Notes: generated by a model from the letters alone, not told the origin. 64,000 nt of DNA from Gammaproteobacteria bacterium (GCA_016193395.1 JACPSH010000001.1:15895-79894); one strand, 5' to 3'. Counted from the first letter of the stretch, positions 21,691-31,580 are shown. Made by a program: numbers and translations.

Positions 21691-22252
21691 CGTCAAGTCC
21701 GACAAGTGGATCCGCCGCATGGCGAAGGAACACGGCCTCATCGAGCCCTTCGAGCCCGGCCAGGTCAGGCGCAACGGCGACCGGCGCCTGGTGTCGTTCG
21801 GCACCTCGAGCTATGGCTACGACGTGCGCTGCGCGGACGAGTTCAAGATCTTCACGAACATCAATTCGACGATCGTCGATCCGAAGGAATTCGACGAGCG
21901 TTCCTTCGTCGACTTCAAGGGCGAGGTCTGCATCATCCCGCCCAATTCCTTCGCGCTGGCGCGCACCGTCGAGTACTTCCGCATTCCGCGCAACATCCTG
22001 ACAATTTGTTTAGGAAAATCGACGTACGCTCGTTGCGGCATAATCGTGAATGTAACGCCATTGGAACCGGAGTGGGAAGGCCACGTCACGCTGGAATTCT
22101 CCAACACCACGCCACTGCCGGCGAAGGTGTATGCCAACGAGGGTGTCGCGCAGGTGATCTTCCTCGAGTCCGACGAGGAGTGCGAAACCTCCTACAAGGA
22201 TCGCGGCGGCAAGTACCAGGGCCAGAAGGGCGTCACTTTGCCGAAGACCTGA
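21686..22252 (+). CDS. dcd: dCTP deaminase
   Basis: The 188-aa protein begins [27 protein letters not shown]… and continues …VDPKEFDE…[11 protein letters not shown]…. Confidence 0.9.
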   Translation: MSVKSDKWIRRMAKEHGLIEPFEPGQVRRNGDRRLVSFGTSSYGYDVRCADEFKIFTNINSTIVDPKEFDERSFVDFKGEVCIIPPNSFALARTVEYFRIPRNILTICLGKSTYARCGIIVNVTPLEPEWEGHVTLEFSNTTPLPAKVYANEGVAQVIFLESDEECETSYKDRGGKYQGQKGVTLPKT

Positions 22253-24170
22253 TCCTTGTAGGCGCCGCGCGTCGGCGGCGCGCGCCCGCACCCCTGATCT
22301 CGTCAACCGCGACGCCGGCTTGCACGTCTCCCGCCGCCGGTGGATCGGCGGCCTCGACGAGCGCATTCAGCTGCCCCGCCGCGACGCTGTAGGGCCAGCC
22401 GGACGCAAACGTCGCGATGGCATCGTCGAATACCTCTGGGAACGAGTGTCCGCCGGGCTCCGGAATGCCCAGCCACGGGCGCGTATCGAAGGTATGGAAC
22501 TCGACATGCGGCTGGCGGCGCGCCGGCTTGTGCAGCACGGAGTTGATGCGAGGATAGATATTCACGTCGAGGAAGACGGCGGCACCGTCCTTCCGCCGTC
22601 GCAGGAAGTCTACGGCGAAGAAGTCGAGACGAAGGGTCCTAGCGATCAGCCGGAGCTGCTCGACCTCCGCGGCCGGCATGTCGAAGGTGGGGAGGATTTT
22701 CGGCCGGTTCCTCAGGCACACGTTCCAATCCCGGCAGGCCAGGGCCTTGCTGGGGCGGACCGCGCCCGCGATGAAGAAGGCGCGGTAGCGCCAGTGGTTT
22801 CCGTGCTTGCCGCGCGAATCCACAAATTCAAAGGCGCGAAATCCCTCTCGCGGCCCGTCGAATGGCACGAGCACTTTTTCGGACATCTGCTGGCCCATAC
22901 GCTTGTAAACGACCTGTGTCCGGCCCAGCTCGGAGTCGGCGAAGGTCGCCCGCGGCACGCTGACGCCAGCCTCCGCCAGGCGCTGAAAGCAGTCCGGCTG
23001 ATGGTAGGCGTCGTAATGATCCGGGTGATTCATGACGCGGGCGCCGGGACGCATTTGCTGGAGCAGCTCGAGAATTTGCAGCCGCCTTGGGTCCCCCAGC
23101 GGATCCTGTGTAAACAGCCAGACGATGTCGGCGGTCTCGATGCCCCGGTTCACGGACGCCGAGCACCGGCGGCTGCGCTCGTTGATCCAGCGTGCCATTA
23201 ACGCCCCGAAGCGCGGCTCGGAATCCTGCTGTTCGAGCAGGCAGATGTGCAGCTCGCGTCGCCGCACCGGGTGCTTCTTCCTCCGGCCCGCCGTGCGGCG
23301 CGGCTGGTCGCGGAGCCGCCGGCAGGCATACAGCGGGTAATACCGGTACCAGTCTTCGCCGGCAAAGGCATGGCGCTTGAATGAGAATCCCGCCTCCGCC
23401 AGCAGCGTTTCCCACTCCGCGCGCGTCAGCAGCATGGTCCGGCCCCCGAAGTAGTAGCGGCGAACGAGCGCTCGCTCCTGCTGCGTCATCGCCCCCGACT
23501 CCACCAGGGCGTCAATCCGCTGGTAAACGACACGGTTGTCCAGTGCGCGGGCGGCCGGATCCCAGACCTGCTCGAAAAAGCCCCACAGCCTCATGCCGAG
23601 GCCGAAGCCAGCCTCGGAGAGCCCGCCGTCCCGGAATCTTGCGATTTGAACTTCGGCTCGACACGCCTCGGGATCGAAGCCGTCGGGAATCAACGCCTGC
23701 CGTAAAATGAGCACGCCGGAATTGGCGAGCGCTTCCGCCGCGGCGTTCAGCAGTTCCGCATGATCCTCCCGTGTCGCAAGGTTTCCGCACACGCCGTCCC
23801 CGAGGATCGCGTCCAGCTGACCCCTGTTGCGCCGCAGCTCCTGCGACCATTCTGCTTGCACGATCCGTTCGCGCCGGGACCACTCCTCGGGCACCCAGTC
23901 CCTGTACAGCGCGATGGCATCGGCGCTGCAGTCGATGCTGAGCAGCGCCGAGGCGACTTCCAGCACCGTGCACCGCAGTTCCGGCGTCATCCCCAGCACG
24001 GCCACGCGCGGCCGCCGGCCTGTGCGCATGGACGTGCCGGCCAACAGGAGATCCCTGTACCCGCGCAGCTCGGTCTCGTTGGGCGAACCCGCCGCAAACC
24101 GCTGTCGCGCGCGGACATCGCAAATGCGCGTCAGCAGCGTCTGGCGATTCCAGTCTTGTTCCCCGTCCAT
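22233..24170 (-). CDS. uncharacterised two-domain protein; C-terminal half ATP-grasp-like
   Basis: The 645-aa protein has no signal peptide. Its C-terminal approximately 300 aa resemble the ATP-grasp fold; the closing motif [10 protein letters not shown] matches the RimK/GshB-type xLEVNxxPG motif, with basic and Gly-rich segments upstream. The N-terminal half is alpha/beta-like and of unknown function. It is divergent from the Ehr operon. Confidence 0.55.
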   Translation of the reverse strand: MDGEQDWNRQTLLTRICDVRARQRFAAGSPNETELRGYRDLLLAGTSMRTGRRPRVAVLGMTPELRCTVLEVASALLSIDCSADAIALYRDWVPEEWSRRERIVQAEWSQELRRNRGQLDAILGDGVCGNLATREDHAELLNAAAEALANSGVLILRQALIPDGFDPEACRAEVQIARFRDGGLSEAGFGLGMRLWGFFEQVWDPAARALDNRVVYQRIDALVESGAMTQQERALVRRYYFGGRTMLLTRAEWETLLAEAGFSFKRHAFAGEDWYRYYPLYACRRLRDQPRRTAGRRKKHPVRRRELHICLLEQQDSEPRFGALMARWINERSRRCSASVNRGIETADIVWLFTQDPLGDPRRLQILELLQQMRPGARVMNHPDHYDAYHQPDCFQRLAEAGVSVPRATFADSELGRTQVVYKRMGQQMSEKVLVPFDGPREGFRAFEFVDSRGKHGNHWRYRAFFIAGAVRPSKALACRDWNVCLRNRPKILPTFDMPAAEVEQLRLIARTLRLDFFAVDFLRRRKDGAAVFLDVNIYPRINSVLHKPARRQPHVEFHTFDTRPWLGIPEPGGHSFPEVFDDAIATFASGWPYSVAAGQLNALVEAADPPAAGDVQAGVAVDEIRGAGARRRRAAPTRIRSSAK

Positions 24171-24236
24171 TCAATCTTTCGGTCCGGCTCGGGTTGAAGG
24201 CCCAGTGCGTGGCGCCTTAGTGATGCGAATTGCTTG

Positions 24237-24256
24237 ATATATGATGTATCATATAT
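24237..24256. promoter_or_regulatory. AT-rich perfect palindrome (candidate operator) in divergent promoter region
   Basis: The sequence is ATATATGAT gt ATCATATAT, set in GC-rich DNA. It lies between the divergent genes at 24170 and 24298. Confidence 0.45.
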
Positions 24257-24297
24257 GGAAATATAGATTCCAAACTGCAGATCAAGGACTCAACGTT

Positions 24298-24543
24298 ATG
24301 CTCTCTGCCGGCCAAATGCGAGCCGCCCGCGCCCTGCTCGGCTGGGATCAGAAGCAGCTCGCGGAAGCGGCCGGCGTGTCGCTGCCCACGGTGCAGCGCA
24401 TGGAAGCGAGCGACGGCAACGTCCGCGGCAACGTGGATACGCTGGTGAAAGTCGTGGAGGCGCTGCGCGCGGCGGGCATCGAGCTTATTGGCCAGGGCGC
24501 CGCCAGCGCCACGGGAGGGCGCGGCGTTCGCCTGCGCAGTTGA
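24298..24543 (+). CDS. XRE-family helix-turn-helix transcriptional regulator
   Basis: The 81-aa protein begins MLSAGQMRAARALLGWDQKQLAEAAGVSLPTVQRME, which is a short HTH_XRE domain. Its stop overlaps the start region of the next gene. Confidence 0.7.
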   Translation: MLSAGQMRAARALLGWDQKQLAEAAGVSLPTVQRMEASDGNVRGNVDTLVKVVEALRAAGIELIGQGAASATGGRGVRLRS

Positions 24544-24551
24544 TCGCCTCC

Positions 24552-26597
24552 ATGTTCGAGTTCTCCCCGGCGATGCTCGTTTACGCGGCGGTATGTTCCA
24601 CGCTGGCCGGCGGCTTCGCGTCGCTGTTCGCGGATCGCTGGCCGGCGGTCCAGAAGTTCCTGGTATTCCCGTTGCTCGGCCTGTCCGGAGTCGTGTCGAT
24701 TGCCGCCTGCCTGGCGGCCCTTTCCGGCGCCCCGGCAGTCACCGACGAACTCGCGCTCGGCCTTCCGTGGCTGCAGTGGCATGTGCGTCTCGATTCGCTG
24801 TCCGGATTTTTCCTGGGCGTGATTGGGTTGATCACGCTGGCGGTCAGCGCGTTCGGACCGGGATACGTGCGCGAATATTCGAACAGCCACTATTCGCTCG
24901 CGCTGCTCGGCGTGATGACGGCGCTGTTCGTCGCCGGGATGCAGCTCGTGGTCGTGGCGGACGATGCCTTCGCCTTCATGGTCGCCTGGGAACTCATGTC
25001 GGTCGCGAGTTATTTCCTGGTGGCCTTCGAGCACGAAGAGGCGGCGAACCGGCGCGCCGCGTTCCTCTACCTGTTGATGGCCCAGGTGGGCGCGATCCTG
25101 ATCCTGCTGTCCTTCGGCGTGCTCGCCGCGCATGGCGGGGATTTCACCTTCGCCGCCATGCGGCACGCTGGACTGACGCCGCTCTGGGCCGCCGCCTCTT
25201 TCGGCCTCGGGCTCCTGGGCTTCGGCATGAAGGCGGGCATCGTGCCATTGCACGTCTGGCTGCCCGAGGCGCACCCGGTCGCCCCCTCGCACATCTCCGC
25301 GCTCATGTCCGGCGTCATGCTCAAGGTCGCGGTCTACGGCTTCATCCGGCTCGTGTTCGATCTGCTCGGCGATCCGCACTGGTCCTGGGGCGTCGTCGTG
25401 CTGGCGGTCGGCAGCGTCACTTCGCTCTATGGCGTGCTTTACGCGCTCGTGCAGCACGACCTGAAGCGCCTGCTGGCCTACCACTCGGTCGAGAACATCG
25501 GGATCATTTATATTGGTCTGGGCCTGGCCCTGATCTTCTTCAGCGCGAACCTGCCCGCGTTCGGCGTGCTGGGCCTGATCGCGGCGCTGTATCACACGTT
25601 GAACCATGCCCTGTTCAAGAGCCTGCTCTTTCTCGGCGCGGGCGCGCTGCTCCAGCACGGCCACGAGCGCGATCTCGAACACATGGGCGGCCTGATCCGG
25701 CGCATGCCGTGGACCGCGCTGTTCTTTCTCATCGGCTGCCTCAGCATCTCGGCGCTGCCACCGTTCAACGGCTTCGTATCCGAGTGGCTCACCTTCCAGA
25801 CGGCCTTGCAGGCCACGACCCTGGAAAGCGGTGTGTTGCGCGCGGTGATCCCGATTTCCGCCGCCGTGCTCGCGCTCAGCGGCGCGCTGGCGGCCACGTG
25901 CTTCGTCAAGGTCTACGGCGTCGCCTTCCTGGGGCAGGCCCGTAGCCGCAAGGTGCGCCATGCCCGCGAGGCATCGCACGGGATGGTGCTGGCGCAGGCG
26001 GTACTCGCCTGTCTGTGTCTGCTCTTTGGCGTGCTGCCGACCACCACGGTCGAGTTCCTGAGCCGAATCAGCGTGGATCTGACCGGTTTCGGCGTTACCG
26101 CGGCGACACGCCAGGGATGGCTGTGGCTCACACCCATTGCCCCTGAAGTCGCGAGCTACAGCGCGCCGCTGGTGCTGCTCGGCGTGCTGCTCGCGCTCGG
26201 CGCGTGGGCCGCCGTGTACTTTTCCTCGCGCAAGCGCCGCCTTGTCCAGCCCTTGCCGCGCCGCGACGCCTGGGACTGCGGTTTTGGCCCGCTGACACCG
26301 CGCATGCAGTATTCGGCGTCCGCCTTCGCCATGCCCATACGCCATATCTTCCGGCCGGCGTGGCGCCTGCATGAGGAAAAAGTACGCGAGATGGATCCGC
26401 AGTTGAGCACGCGCCCGCTGCAATTGCGCTACCTGATGCACGCGGACGACCTGAGCTGGCAATACTTCTATCTCCCGGTGGAGCGCTTCGTGCAGGGCGC
26501 CGCGCGCCGCGTCGGGCGGATCCAGACCGGTCACCTGCGCCACTACCTGGCGTACTCATTTTTCACCCTGATCGCGCTGCTATGGCTGATTACCTGA
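24552..26597 (+). CDS. HyfB/HycC-like (NuoL/Mrp antiporter-like) membrane subunit
   Basis: The protein has more than 15 TM helices and a NuoL/HyfB signature (WLPEAHPVAPSHISALMSGVMLKVAVYG). It has an ATG at 24552 and an alternative TTG at 24540. Confidence 0.85.
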   Translation: MFEFSPAMLVYAAVCSTLAGGFASLFADRWPAVQKFLVFPLLGLSGVVSIAACLAALSGAPAVTDELALGLPWLQWHVRLDSLSGFFLGVIGLITLAVSAFGPGYVREYSNSHYSLALLGVMTALFVAGMQLVVVADDAFAFMVAWELMSVASYFLVAFEHEEAANRRAAFLYLLMAQVGAILILLSFGVLAAHGGDFTFAAMRHAGLTPLWAAASFGLGLLGFGMKAGIVPLHVWLPEAHPVAPSHISALMSGVMLKVAVYGFIRLVFDLLGDPHWSWGVVVLAVGSVTSLYGVLYALVQHDLKRLLAYHSVENIGIIYIGLGLALIFFSANLPAFGVLGLIAALYHTLNHALFKSLLFLGAGALLQHGHERDLEHMGGLIRRMPWTALFFLIGCLSISALPPFNGFVSEWLTFQTALQATTLESGVLRAVIPISAAVLALSGALAATCFVKVYGVAFLGQARSRKVRHAREASHGMVLAQAVLACLCLLFGVLPTTTVEFLSRISVDLTGFGVTAATRQGWLWLTPIAPEVASYSAPLVLLGVLLALGAWAAVYFSSRKRRLVQPLPRRDAWDCGFGPLTPRMQYSASAFAMPIRHIFRPAWRLHEEKVREMDPQLSTRPLQLRYLMHADDLSWQYFYLPVERFVQGAARRVGRIQTGHLRHYLAYSFFTLIALLWLIT

Positions 26598-27544
26598 ACC
26601 TGGCCGGCTGGCTGGCCGCCCTGGCACAGACCGTGCTGTTCGTCGCGATCGCGCCGCTGTTCGCCAACTGGGTCAAGCGCGCCAAGTGCACGCTCCAAAA
26701 CCGCCGCCCGCCGCCATGGCTGCAGCCATACCGGGATCTGCGCCGGCTGTTCGGAAAGGAAGTGGTGCTCGCGCATACGGCTTCACACGTGTTCCGCATC
26801 GCTCCTTATATTGTCTTCGGGACCGCCGTGCTCGCGGCCTCCATCATCCCGTTCATCCTTGCCGAAATCCCGTTCGCCGCGATGGCGGACGCCATCGTGC
26901 TGGTCGGCACGCTCGCGCTCGGCAGGTTCTTCCTCGCGCTAGCCGGGCTCGACGTGGGCACGAGCTTCGGCGGGATGGGTTCGTCGCGGGAAATGACCTT
27001 CGCGGCGCTGGCCGAACCCGCGATGCTCATGGTCGTGTTCACTCTGGCGATGCTGGCCTCCAGCACCAACCTCTCCACCGTGGTCGGGTTCTTCCTGGAA
27101 CAGCCCCTGGCGCTGCGGCCGTCGCTCCTGTTCGGCCTCCTCGCGCTGCTCCTGGTCGGGATTGCCGAGACGGGGCGCATCCCGGTGGACAACCCGGCGA
27201 CGCACCTCGAGCTGACCATGATCCACGAGGCCATGATCCTCGAATACACGGGCCGGCATCTCGCGCTCATGGAGTACGCCTCGCAGCTCAAGCTCGCGAT
27301 ATACGCCGTGCTGACCGTCAACCTGTTCCTGCCGTGGGGGATCAGCCGCACGCTGGACCCCGCGTCGGTGGGCATCGCGGTCCTGGCCCTGACTGCCAAG
27401 CTTGCGGTGCTCGGCGCGCTGCTCGCGCTCGCCGAAACCCTCGTCGCGAAGATGCGGCTGTTCCGCGTGCCGACCTTCCTTGCCGTCGCCTTCACCCTGT
27501 CGCTCATCGGCATGCTCAGCTTCATCATGCTGGAGGGCCATTGA
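26582..27544 (+). CDS. HycD/HyfC-like (NuoH-like) membrane subunit
   Basis: The 320-aa protein resembles NuoH/HycD (…IAETGRIPVDNPATHLELTMIHEAMILEY…). Confidence 0.85.
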   Translation: MADYLNLAGWLAALAQTVLFVAIAPLFANWVKRAKCTLQNRRPPPWLQPYRDLRRLFGKEVVLAHTASHVFRIAPYIVFGTAVLAASIIPFILAEIPFAAMADAIVLVGTLALGRFFLALAGLDVGTSFGGMGSSREMTFAALAEPAMLMVVFTLAMLASSTNLSTVVGFFLEQPLALRPSLLFGLLALLLVGIAETGRIPVDNPATHLELTMIHEAMILEYTGRHLALMEYASQLKLAIYAVLTVNLFLPWGISRTLDPASVGIAVLALTAKLAVLGALLALAETLVAKMRLFRVPTFLAVAFTLSLIGMLSFIMLEGH

Positions 27545-28224
27545 TGACTGCTTATGCCGATCTGCCGCTGATCGAGCAGCTCATCCGCACCTTTGCGGCG
27601 CTGATCCTGGTCAGCTCCTTTGCCCTGCTGGCCCAGGCGCGCGTGGTCGCGGCCATCCAGGTATTCGCCTGGCAGGGTTTTCTGCTGTCCGCCCTGACGG
27701 CGCTGGTCGCCTGGAACTCCGGGCTCCCGCATCTCTACATTTCCGCCGTGCTGAGCCTCGTGCTCAAGGCCTTGTTCATTCCCTGGCTGCTCATCCGCCA
27801 GTCCCGGCGGCTCGGGATCCTGCGCGACTTTGACGCCGTGATCCGGCCGGGGTTGACGCTTATGGCGGCCGGAACGCTGGTCATCTTCTGCTACAACGTC
27901 GTCATACCGGTGCGGGAATTCACGCAGATCGTCACGCGCGACGCCATCGCGGTGAGCCTCGCGCTCGTCATGATTTCGCTGCTCATGCTGATCACGCGCC
28001 GCAAGGCGATCACCCAGGTCGTGGCCTTCATGTCGCTCGAGAACGGACTGTTTTTCGCGGCCGTGACGGCCACCCAGGGCATGCCCATGGTGGTGGAGCT
28101 CGGCATCGCCTTCGACGTGTTGATCGCCGCGGTCATCTTCGGCGTGTTCTTCTTCCACATCCGGGACAGCATTGAAACCCTCGACGTGGACCAGTTGAGC
28201 CGCCTGCGGGAGATGGACGAATGA
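27544..28224 (+). CDS. HyfE-like membrane subunit
   Basis: The 226-aa polytopic membrane protein has the size and position of HyfE. Confidence 0.75.
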   Translation: MTAYADLPLIEQLIRTFAALILVSSFALLAQARVVAAIQVFAWQGFLLSALTALVAWNSGLPHLYISAVLSLVLKALFIPWLLIRQSRRLGILRDFDAVIRPGLTLMAAGTLVIFCYNVVIPVREFTQIVTRDAIAVSLALVMISLLMLITRRKAITQVVAFMSLENGLFFAAVTATQGMPMVVELGIAFDVLIAAVIFGVFFFHIRDSIETLDVDQLSRLREMDE

Positions 28225-29699
28225 TCGCGCTCGTCATTACACTGTCGACGCCTCTCCTGGCCGCGTTGGTTCTTGCGGTGGTGCGCTCCCCGCGGATTGG
28301 CGGCTGGATCAACATCAGCGCGACGGCGGCCGGTTTTGCCGCCGCCACGTGGCTCGCCTGGACGGTGCTCGGGCAGGGCGCCATCCACGGCGATCAGTTC
28401 CAGGTGGATGCCTTCAACGTGTATCTCATTGCGTTGACTTCCCTCGTCGGGCTGTCGACCTCCATCTTTTCGCGCCCGTACATGGAACACGAGCTGGAAC
28501 TGCGCCGCGTGACGCCGCGCCGCATGCGGCTCTACCACGCGAGTTTCCAGGGATTCCTGTTCACGATGCTTTTGTCGCTTTCCACGAACAATCTCGGCGT
28601 GCTCTGGGTCGCGCTCGAGGGCGCCACGCTGGCCACGGTTCTGCTCGTCAGCCTGTATCGCACGCCGGAGTCCATCGAGGCTGCCTGGAAATATTTCATC
28701 CTTTGTGGCGTCGGGATCGCCCAGGCGCTGTTCGGCACGGTGCTGCTGTATTTCGCGGCCGCGCGCGTCGTGCCGGATCCGGAACGGGCGTTGCAATGGT
28801 CGGTGCTGTACGCGCATGCCGGCCAGCTCGAGCCGGTCGTGGTGGCCATTGCATTCATCTTCCTGCTTATCGGTTACGGCACGAAGGTTGGACTCGTGCC
28901 GCTGCACAACTGGCTCCCGGACGCGCACTCCGAAGGCCCAACGCCGATGTCCGCGGTGCTGTCCGGCCTGCTGCTGAACGTCGCCCTGTATGCCGTGGTG
29001 CGCGTCAAGATGATTACGGACGGCGCGCTGGCTGCCGGCGTGGCGCACGATCCACAGCTCGCCGGCCGGTTGATGATGGGGTTCGGGCTCACCTCTTTCC
29101 TGGTCGCCGGTCTGTTCCTGCACCGACAGAAGGACATCAAGCGCCTGTTCAGCTACTCCTCCATAGAGCACATGGGGCTGATGACGTTTGCTTTCGGATT
29201 GGGCGGGCCGCTGGCGACCTTCGGAGCGCTGCTGCACATGACCGTGCATTCGCTGACCAAGTCCGCCATCTTTGTCACGGTGGGGCATGCGAGCCAGATC
29301 GCCGGGACACAGCGCATCGAGCAGATCCGCGGCCTGATCCGCACCCAGCCGCAGGTCGGCTGGGGTCTGCTGATTGGCAGCATCGCCATCGCCGGTTTCC
29401 CGCCTTTCGGCGTGTTCACCAGCGAGTTCCTGCTGCTGACGGCCACCATGAAGAGTTCGCCCTGGCTGACCGTGCCCCTGCTGGCGGGTTTTGCGGTGGC
29501 CTTCTCCGGGCTGTTCCGCCATCTTCAGCCGATGGTGTTCGGCGCATTGCCGGCCGGCCAGAAGCCGATCAACATGAACCCGGTGCCGGTCACGCTGCAC
29601 CTCGCGCTGGTGCTCTGGCTTGGATTGTCGATCCCGCCGTCGCTCGCGCGCTGGTTTGACGATGCGACTCGGCTCATCAGCGGGAGTGGCCTGCTGTGA
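28221..29699 (+). CDS. HyfF/HyfD-like (NuoN/M antiporter-like) subunit
   Basis: The 492-aa protein has a NuoM/N signature (LHNWLPDAHSEGPTPMSAVLSG). Confidence 0.85.
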   Translation: MIALVITLSTPLLAALVLAVVRSPRIGGWINISATAAGFAAATWLAWTVLGQGAIHGDQFQVDAFNVYLIALTSLVGLSTSIFSRPYMEHELELRRVTPRRMRLYHASFQGFLFTMLLSLSTNNLGVLWVALEGATLATVLLVSLYRTPESIEAAWKYFILCGVGIAQALFGTVLLYFAAARVVPDPERALQWSVLYAHAGQLEPVVVAIAFIFLLIGYGTKVGLVPLHNWLPDAHSEGPTPMSAVLSGLLLNVALYAVVRVKMITDGALAAGVAHDPQLAGRLMMGFGLTSFLVAGLFLHRQKDIKRLFSYSSIEHMGLMTFAFGLGGPLATFGALLHMTVHSLTKSAIFVTVGHASQIAGTQRIEQIRGLIRTQPQVGWGLLIGSIAIAGFPPFGVFTSEFLLLTATMKSSPWLTVPLLAGFAVAFSGLFRHLQPMVFGALPAGQKPINMNPVPVTLHLALVLWLGLSIPPSLARWFDDATRLISGSGLL

Positions 29700-31273
29700 A
29701 ACCGGAAGAAGCCCTGCTGCCGTTTCTGGATGCCTGCCGCCGCAATGGCGTGGAGCCCGCGGCGATCGATTTTGTCGCTCTGGCGCCCGCGTCCATGCTC
29801 GTCGCCCAGCCGGCGCAGTGGCGCGAGCTGGCCTACGCCGCGAAGACGGCCACCATGCGCTGGTGCGCGTTCTGGGCGCAGGAGGCAGTGGGCGGTTTTG
29901 AGGCGTTTTCCTGTTACGAGTGGGGCGGCGAATACCTGGTGATCCGCTGCCGTCTCGCCCGCGACGAAGCGCTGCCGTCCGTGGCGTCGATTTACCCGTC
30001 GGCCGATCGTCCTGAGCGCCACGCGCACGATCTGCTCGGCCTCCACTTCAGCGAGCAGCCGGACCCGCGCCGATGGACCCGCCATCGGGCCTGGGACGAG
30101 CATGAATACCCGCTGCGATCCGATTTCGCTGCGATCCCCGCGAAGCCGACGCCGCCGGATCACGAATATCCGTTCGTCCAGGCCCACGGGGCGGGCGTGG
30201 TCGAGATCCCGGTCGGGCCGGTGCACGCCGGCATCATCGAGCCCGGCCATTTCCGCTTCCAGGCGCTGGGAGAGATCATCCTCAACCTGGAAGAGCACCT
30301 GGGCTACGTGCACAAGGGCGTGGAAAAGATTGCCGTCGGGCGCGATGCCGCGGGACTGGCGCGGCTGGCCGGCAGGGTCTCGGGCGATTCGACCGTGGCG
30401 CACGCCTGGGCCGCCTGCCAGGCGATGGAACGGGCAGCCGGGATCGAAGTGCCGGCGCGCGGCCAGTGGTTGCGCGCGCTGCTGGCCGAGCGCGAACGGA
30501 TCGCCAACCACTTGGGCGACATCGGCGCCATCTGCAATGACGCGGCATTCGCCTTCGCGCAATACCAGTTGACGCGGCTCAAGGAAGACTGGGTGCGCGA
30601 GAGCGGCGCCATTTTCGGCCACCGCCTGCTCATGGATCGGGTGGTGCCCGGCGGCACGGCCGACGATGTCACGGCCGAAAGTGCACGGCGCATGATCGAT
30701 TCGGCGCGCCGGATCGGGCCCGAGGCCGCGGAGATCGTGCGCATCCTGGAAGATTCCGAATCGCTGGAGGACCGGCTCATGCGCACCGGGCGTCTCGATT
30801 CGGAACTCGCCGCGGAGCTGGGCGTGGTCGGTTACGTGGGCAAGGCCTCCGGCCAGCTCTTCGACGTGCGCGCCGATGCCCCGTATGCGCCCTACGACAG
30901 CCTCGAAGTGCGCGTTCCCCATTACCGCGCCGGCGACGTCGCGGCGCGCGCCAAGGTGCGGGCGGAGGAGATCACGATCTCGCTGGAATTGATCGTGAAA
31001 TTGCTCGAGTCGCTTCCTGATGGTCCGCACCGCGCGGAGTGGCGGGCGCCCGATCGGGTCTGCGAAGGGATCGGGATGGTGGAGGGGTGGCGCGGCGAGA
31101 TCCTGGCCTACGTCCGCTTCGATGACTGCGGTCGCATCGCCCGCTTCTTCCCGCGCGATCCAAGCTGGCTCACCTGGCCGGCGCTGGAGCTCTGCGTGCA
31201 GGGCAACATCGTGCCGGATTTCCCCTTGTGCAATAAATCCATCAACGGTTCGTACTCGGGACACGACCTGTGA
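29696..31273 (+). CDS. [NiFe]-hydrogenase large-subunit/NuoC-NuoD-like protein lacking metal-ligating cysteines
   Basis: The gene has a GTG start overlapping the previous stop. An N-terminal NuoC-like region is fused to a NuoD/HycE-like region (GPVHAGIIEPGHFRF…LEEHLGYVHKGVEK). The L1 position reads RVSGDS where RxCGxC is expected, and the C-terminus reads DFPLCNKS where DPCxxC is expected, so three of the four Cys are replaced. Confidence 0.85.
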   Translation: MKPEEALLPFLDACRRNGVEPAAIDFVALAPASMLVAQPAQWRELAYAAKTATMRWCAFWAQEAVGGFEAFSCYEWGGEYLVIRCRLARDEALPSVASIYPSADRPERHAHDLLGLHFSEQPDPRRWTRHRAWDEHEYPLRSDFAAIPAKPTPPDHEYPFVQAHGAGVVEIPVGPVHAGIIEPGHFRFQALGEIILNLEEHLGYVHKGVEKIAVGRDAAGLARLAGRVSGDSTVAHAWAACQAMERAAGIEVPARGQWLRALLAERERIANHLGDIGAICNDAAFAFAQYQLTRLKEDWVRESGAIFGHRLLMDRVVPGGTADDVTAESARRMIDSARRIGPEAAEIVRILEDSESLEDRLMRTGRLDSELAAELGVVGYVGKASGQLFDVRADAPYAPYDSLEVRVPHYRAGDVAARAKVRAEEITISLELIVKLLESLPDGPHRAEWRAPDRVCEGIGMVEGWRGEILAYVRFDDCGRIARFFPRDPSWLTWPALELCVQGNIVPDFPLCNKSINGSYSGHDL

Positions 31274-31338
31274 GGATACGACTCAAGGCGGCCCGCGGGT
31301 GGCTCGGCCGGATTCATCCCAAGGGGGACAAATGAGAC

Positions 31339-31427
31339 AAATGGGGACAGATTTATTTTCCGGGAAGGAAAATAAATCTGTCCCCATTTTTCCACGGGAA
31401 GGAAAATAAATCTGTCCCCATTTTTCC
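31339..31427. repeat. AT-rich 23-bp perfect hairpin plus 2x33-bp tandem repeat inside the operon
   Basis: The hairpin is AAATGGGGACAGATTTATTTTCC gggaa GGAAAATAAATCTGTCCCCATTT. The unit CGGGAAGGAAAATAAATCTGTCCCCATTTTTCC is repeated twice (31361-31393 and 31395-31427). Confidence 0.65.
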
Positions 31428-31433
31428 GAAAGC

Positions 31434-31559
31434 GCCGTCATTCCGGACACACGAGCGTATGCGAGCGTCGCCCGGAATCCAGTCGAGTCGGAGAGCACTC
31501 GGCGCCGACTGGATTCCGGGTCGCGCCCCGGCTGCCGCCGGGGCTTGCCCGGAATGACG
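31434..31559. repeat. nested GC-rich palindromes (GTCATTCCGG … CCGGAATGACG; CCGGAATCCAGTCG … CGACTGGATTCCGG)
   Basis: The outer inverted repeat is CGTCATTCCGG/CCGGAATGACG. The inner pair is CCCGGAATCCAGTCG/CGACTGGATTCCGGG. CCCCGGC…GCCGGGG is also present. The motifs GTCATTCCGG and CCGGAATCCAG recur at 57258-57284. Confidence 0.6.
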
Positions 31560-31580
31560 ACATAACCAGGTGATCACGAA

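Noticed and set aside
24241-24297. Longer N-terminus for the XRE regulator (MMYHIWKYRF…)
   Set aside because: That extension would be encoded by the AT-rich palindrome itself. The ATG at 24298 has an AAGGA box 10 nt upstream and begins the HTH domain cleanly.
29696-31273. Catalytic [NiFe] hydrogenase large subunit (formate hydrogenlyase / hydrogenase-4)
   Set aside because: The L1 (RxCGxC) and C-terminal (DPCxxC) ligand motifs are replaced by RVSGDS and DFPLCNKS. No hyp/hycI maturation genes and no formate dehydrogenase or ferredoxin subunit genes are in the cluster.
31361-31427. CRISPR array (tandem 33-bp repeats), also considered for 57309-57350
   Set aside because: There are only two adjacent copies and no spacers of regular length. 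No cas genes are nearby.
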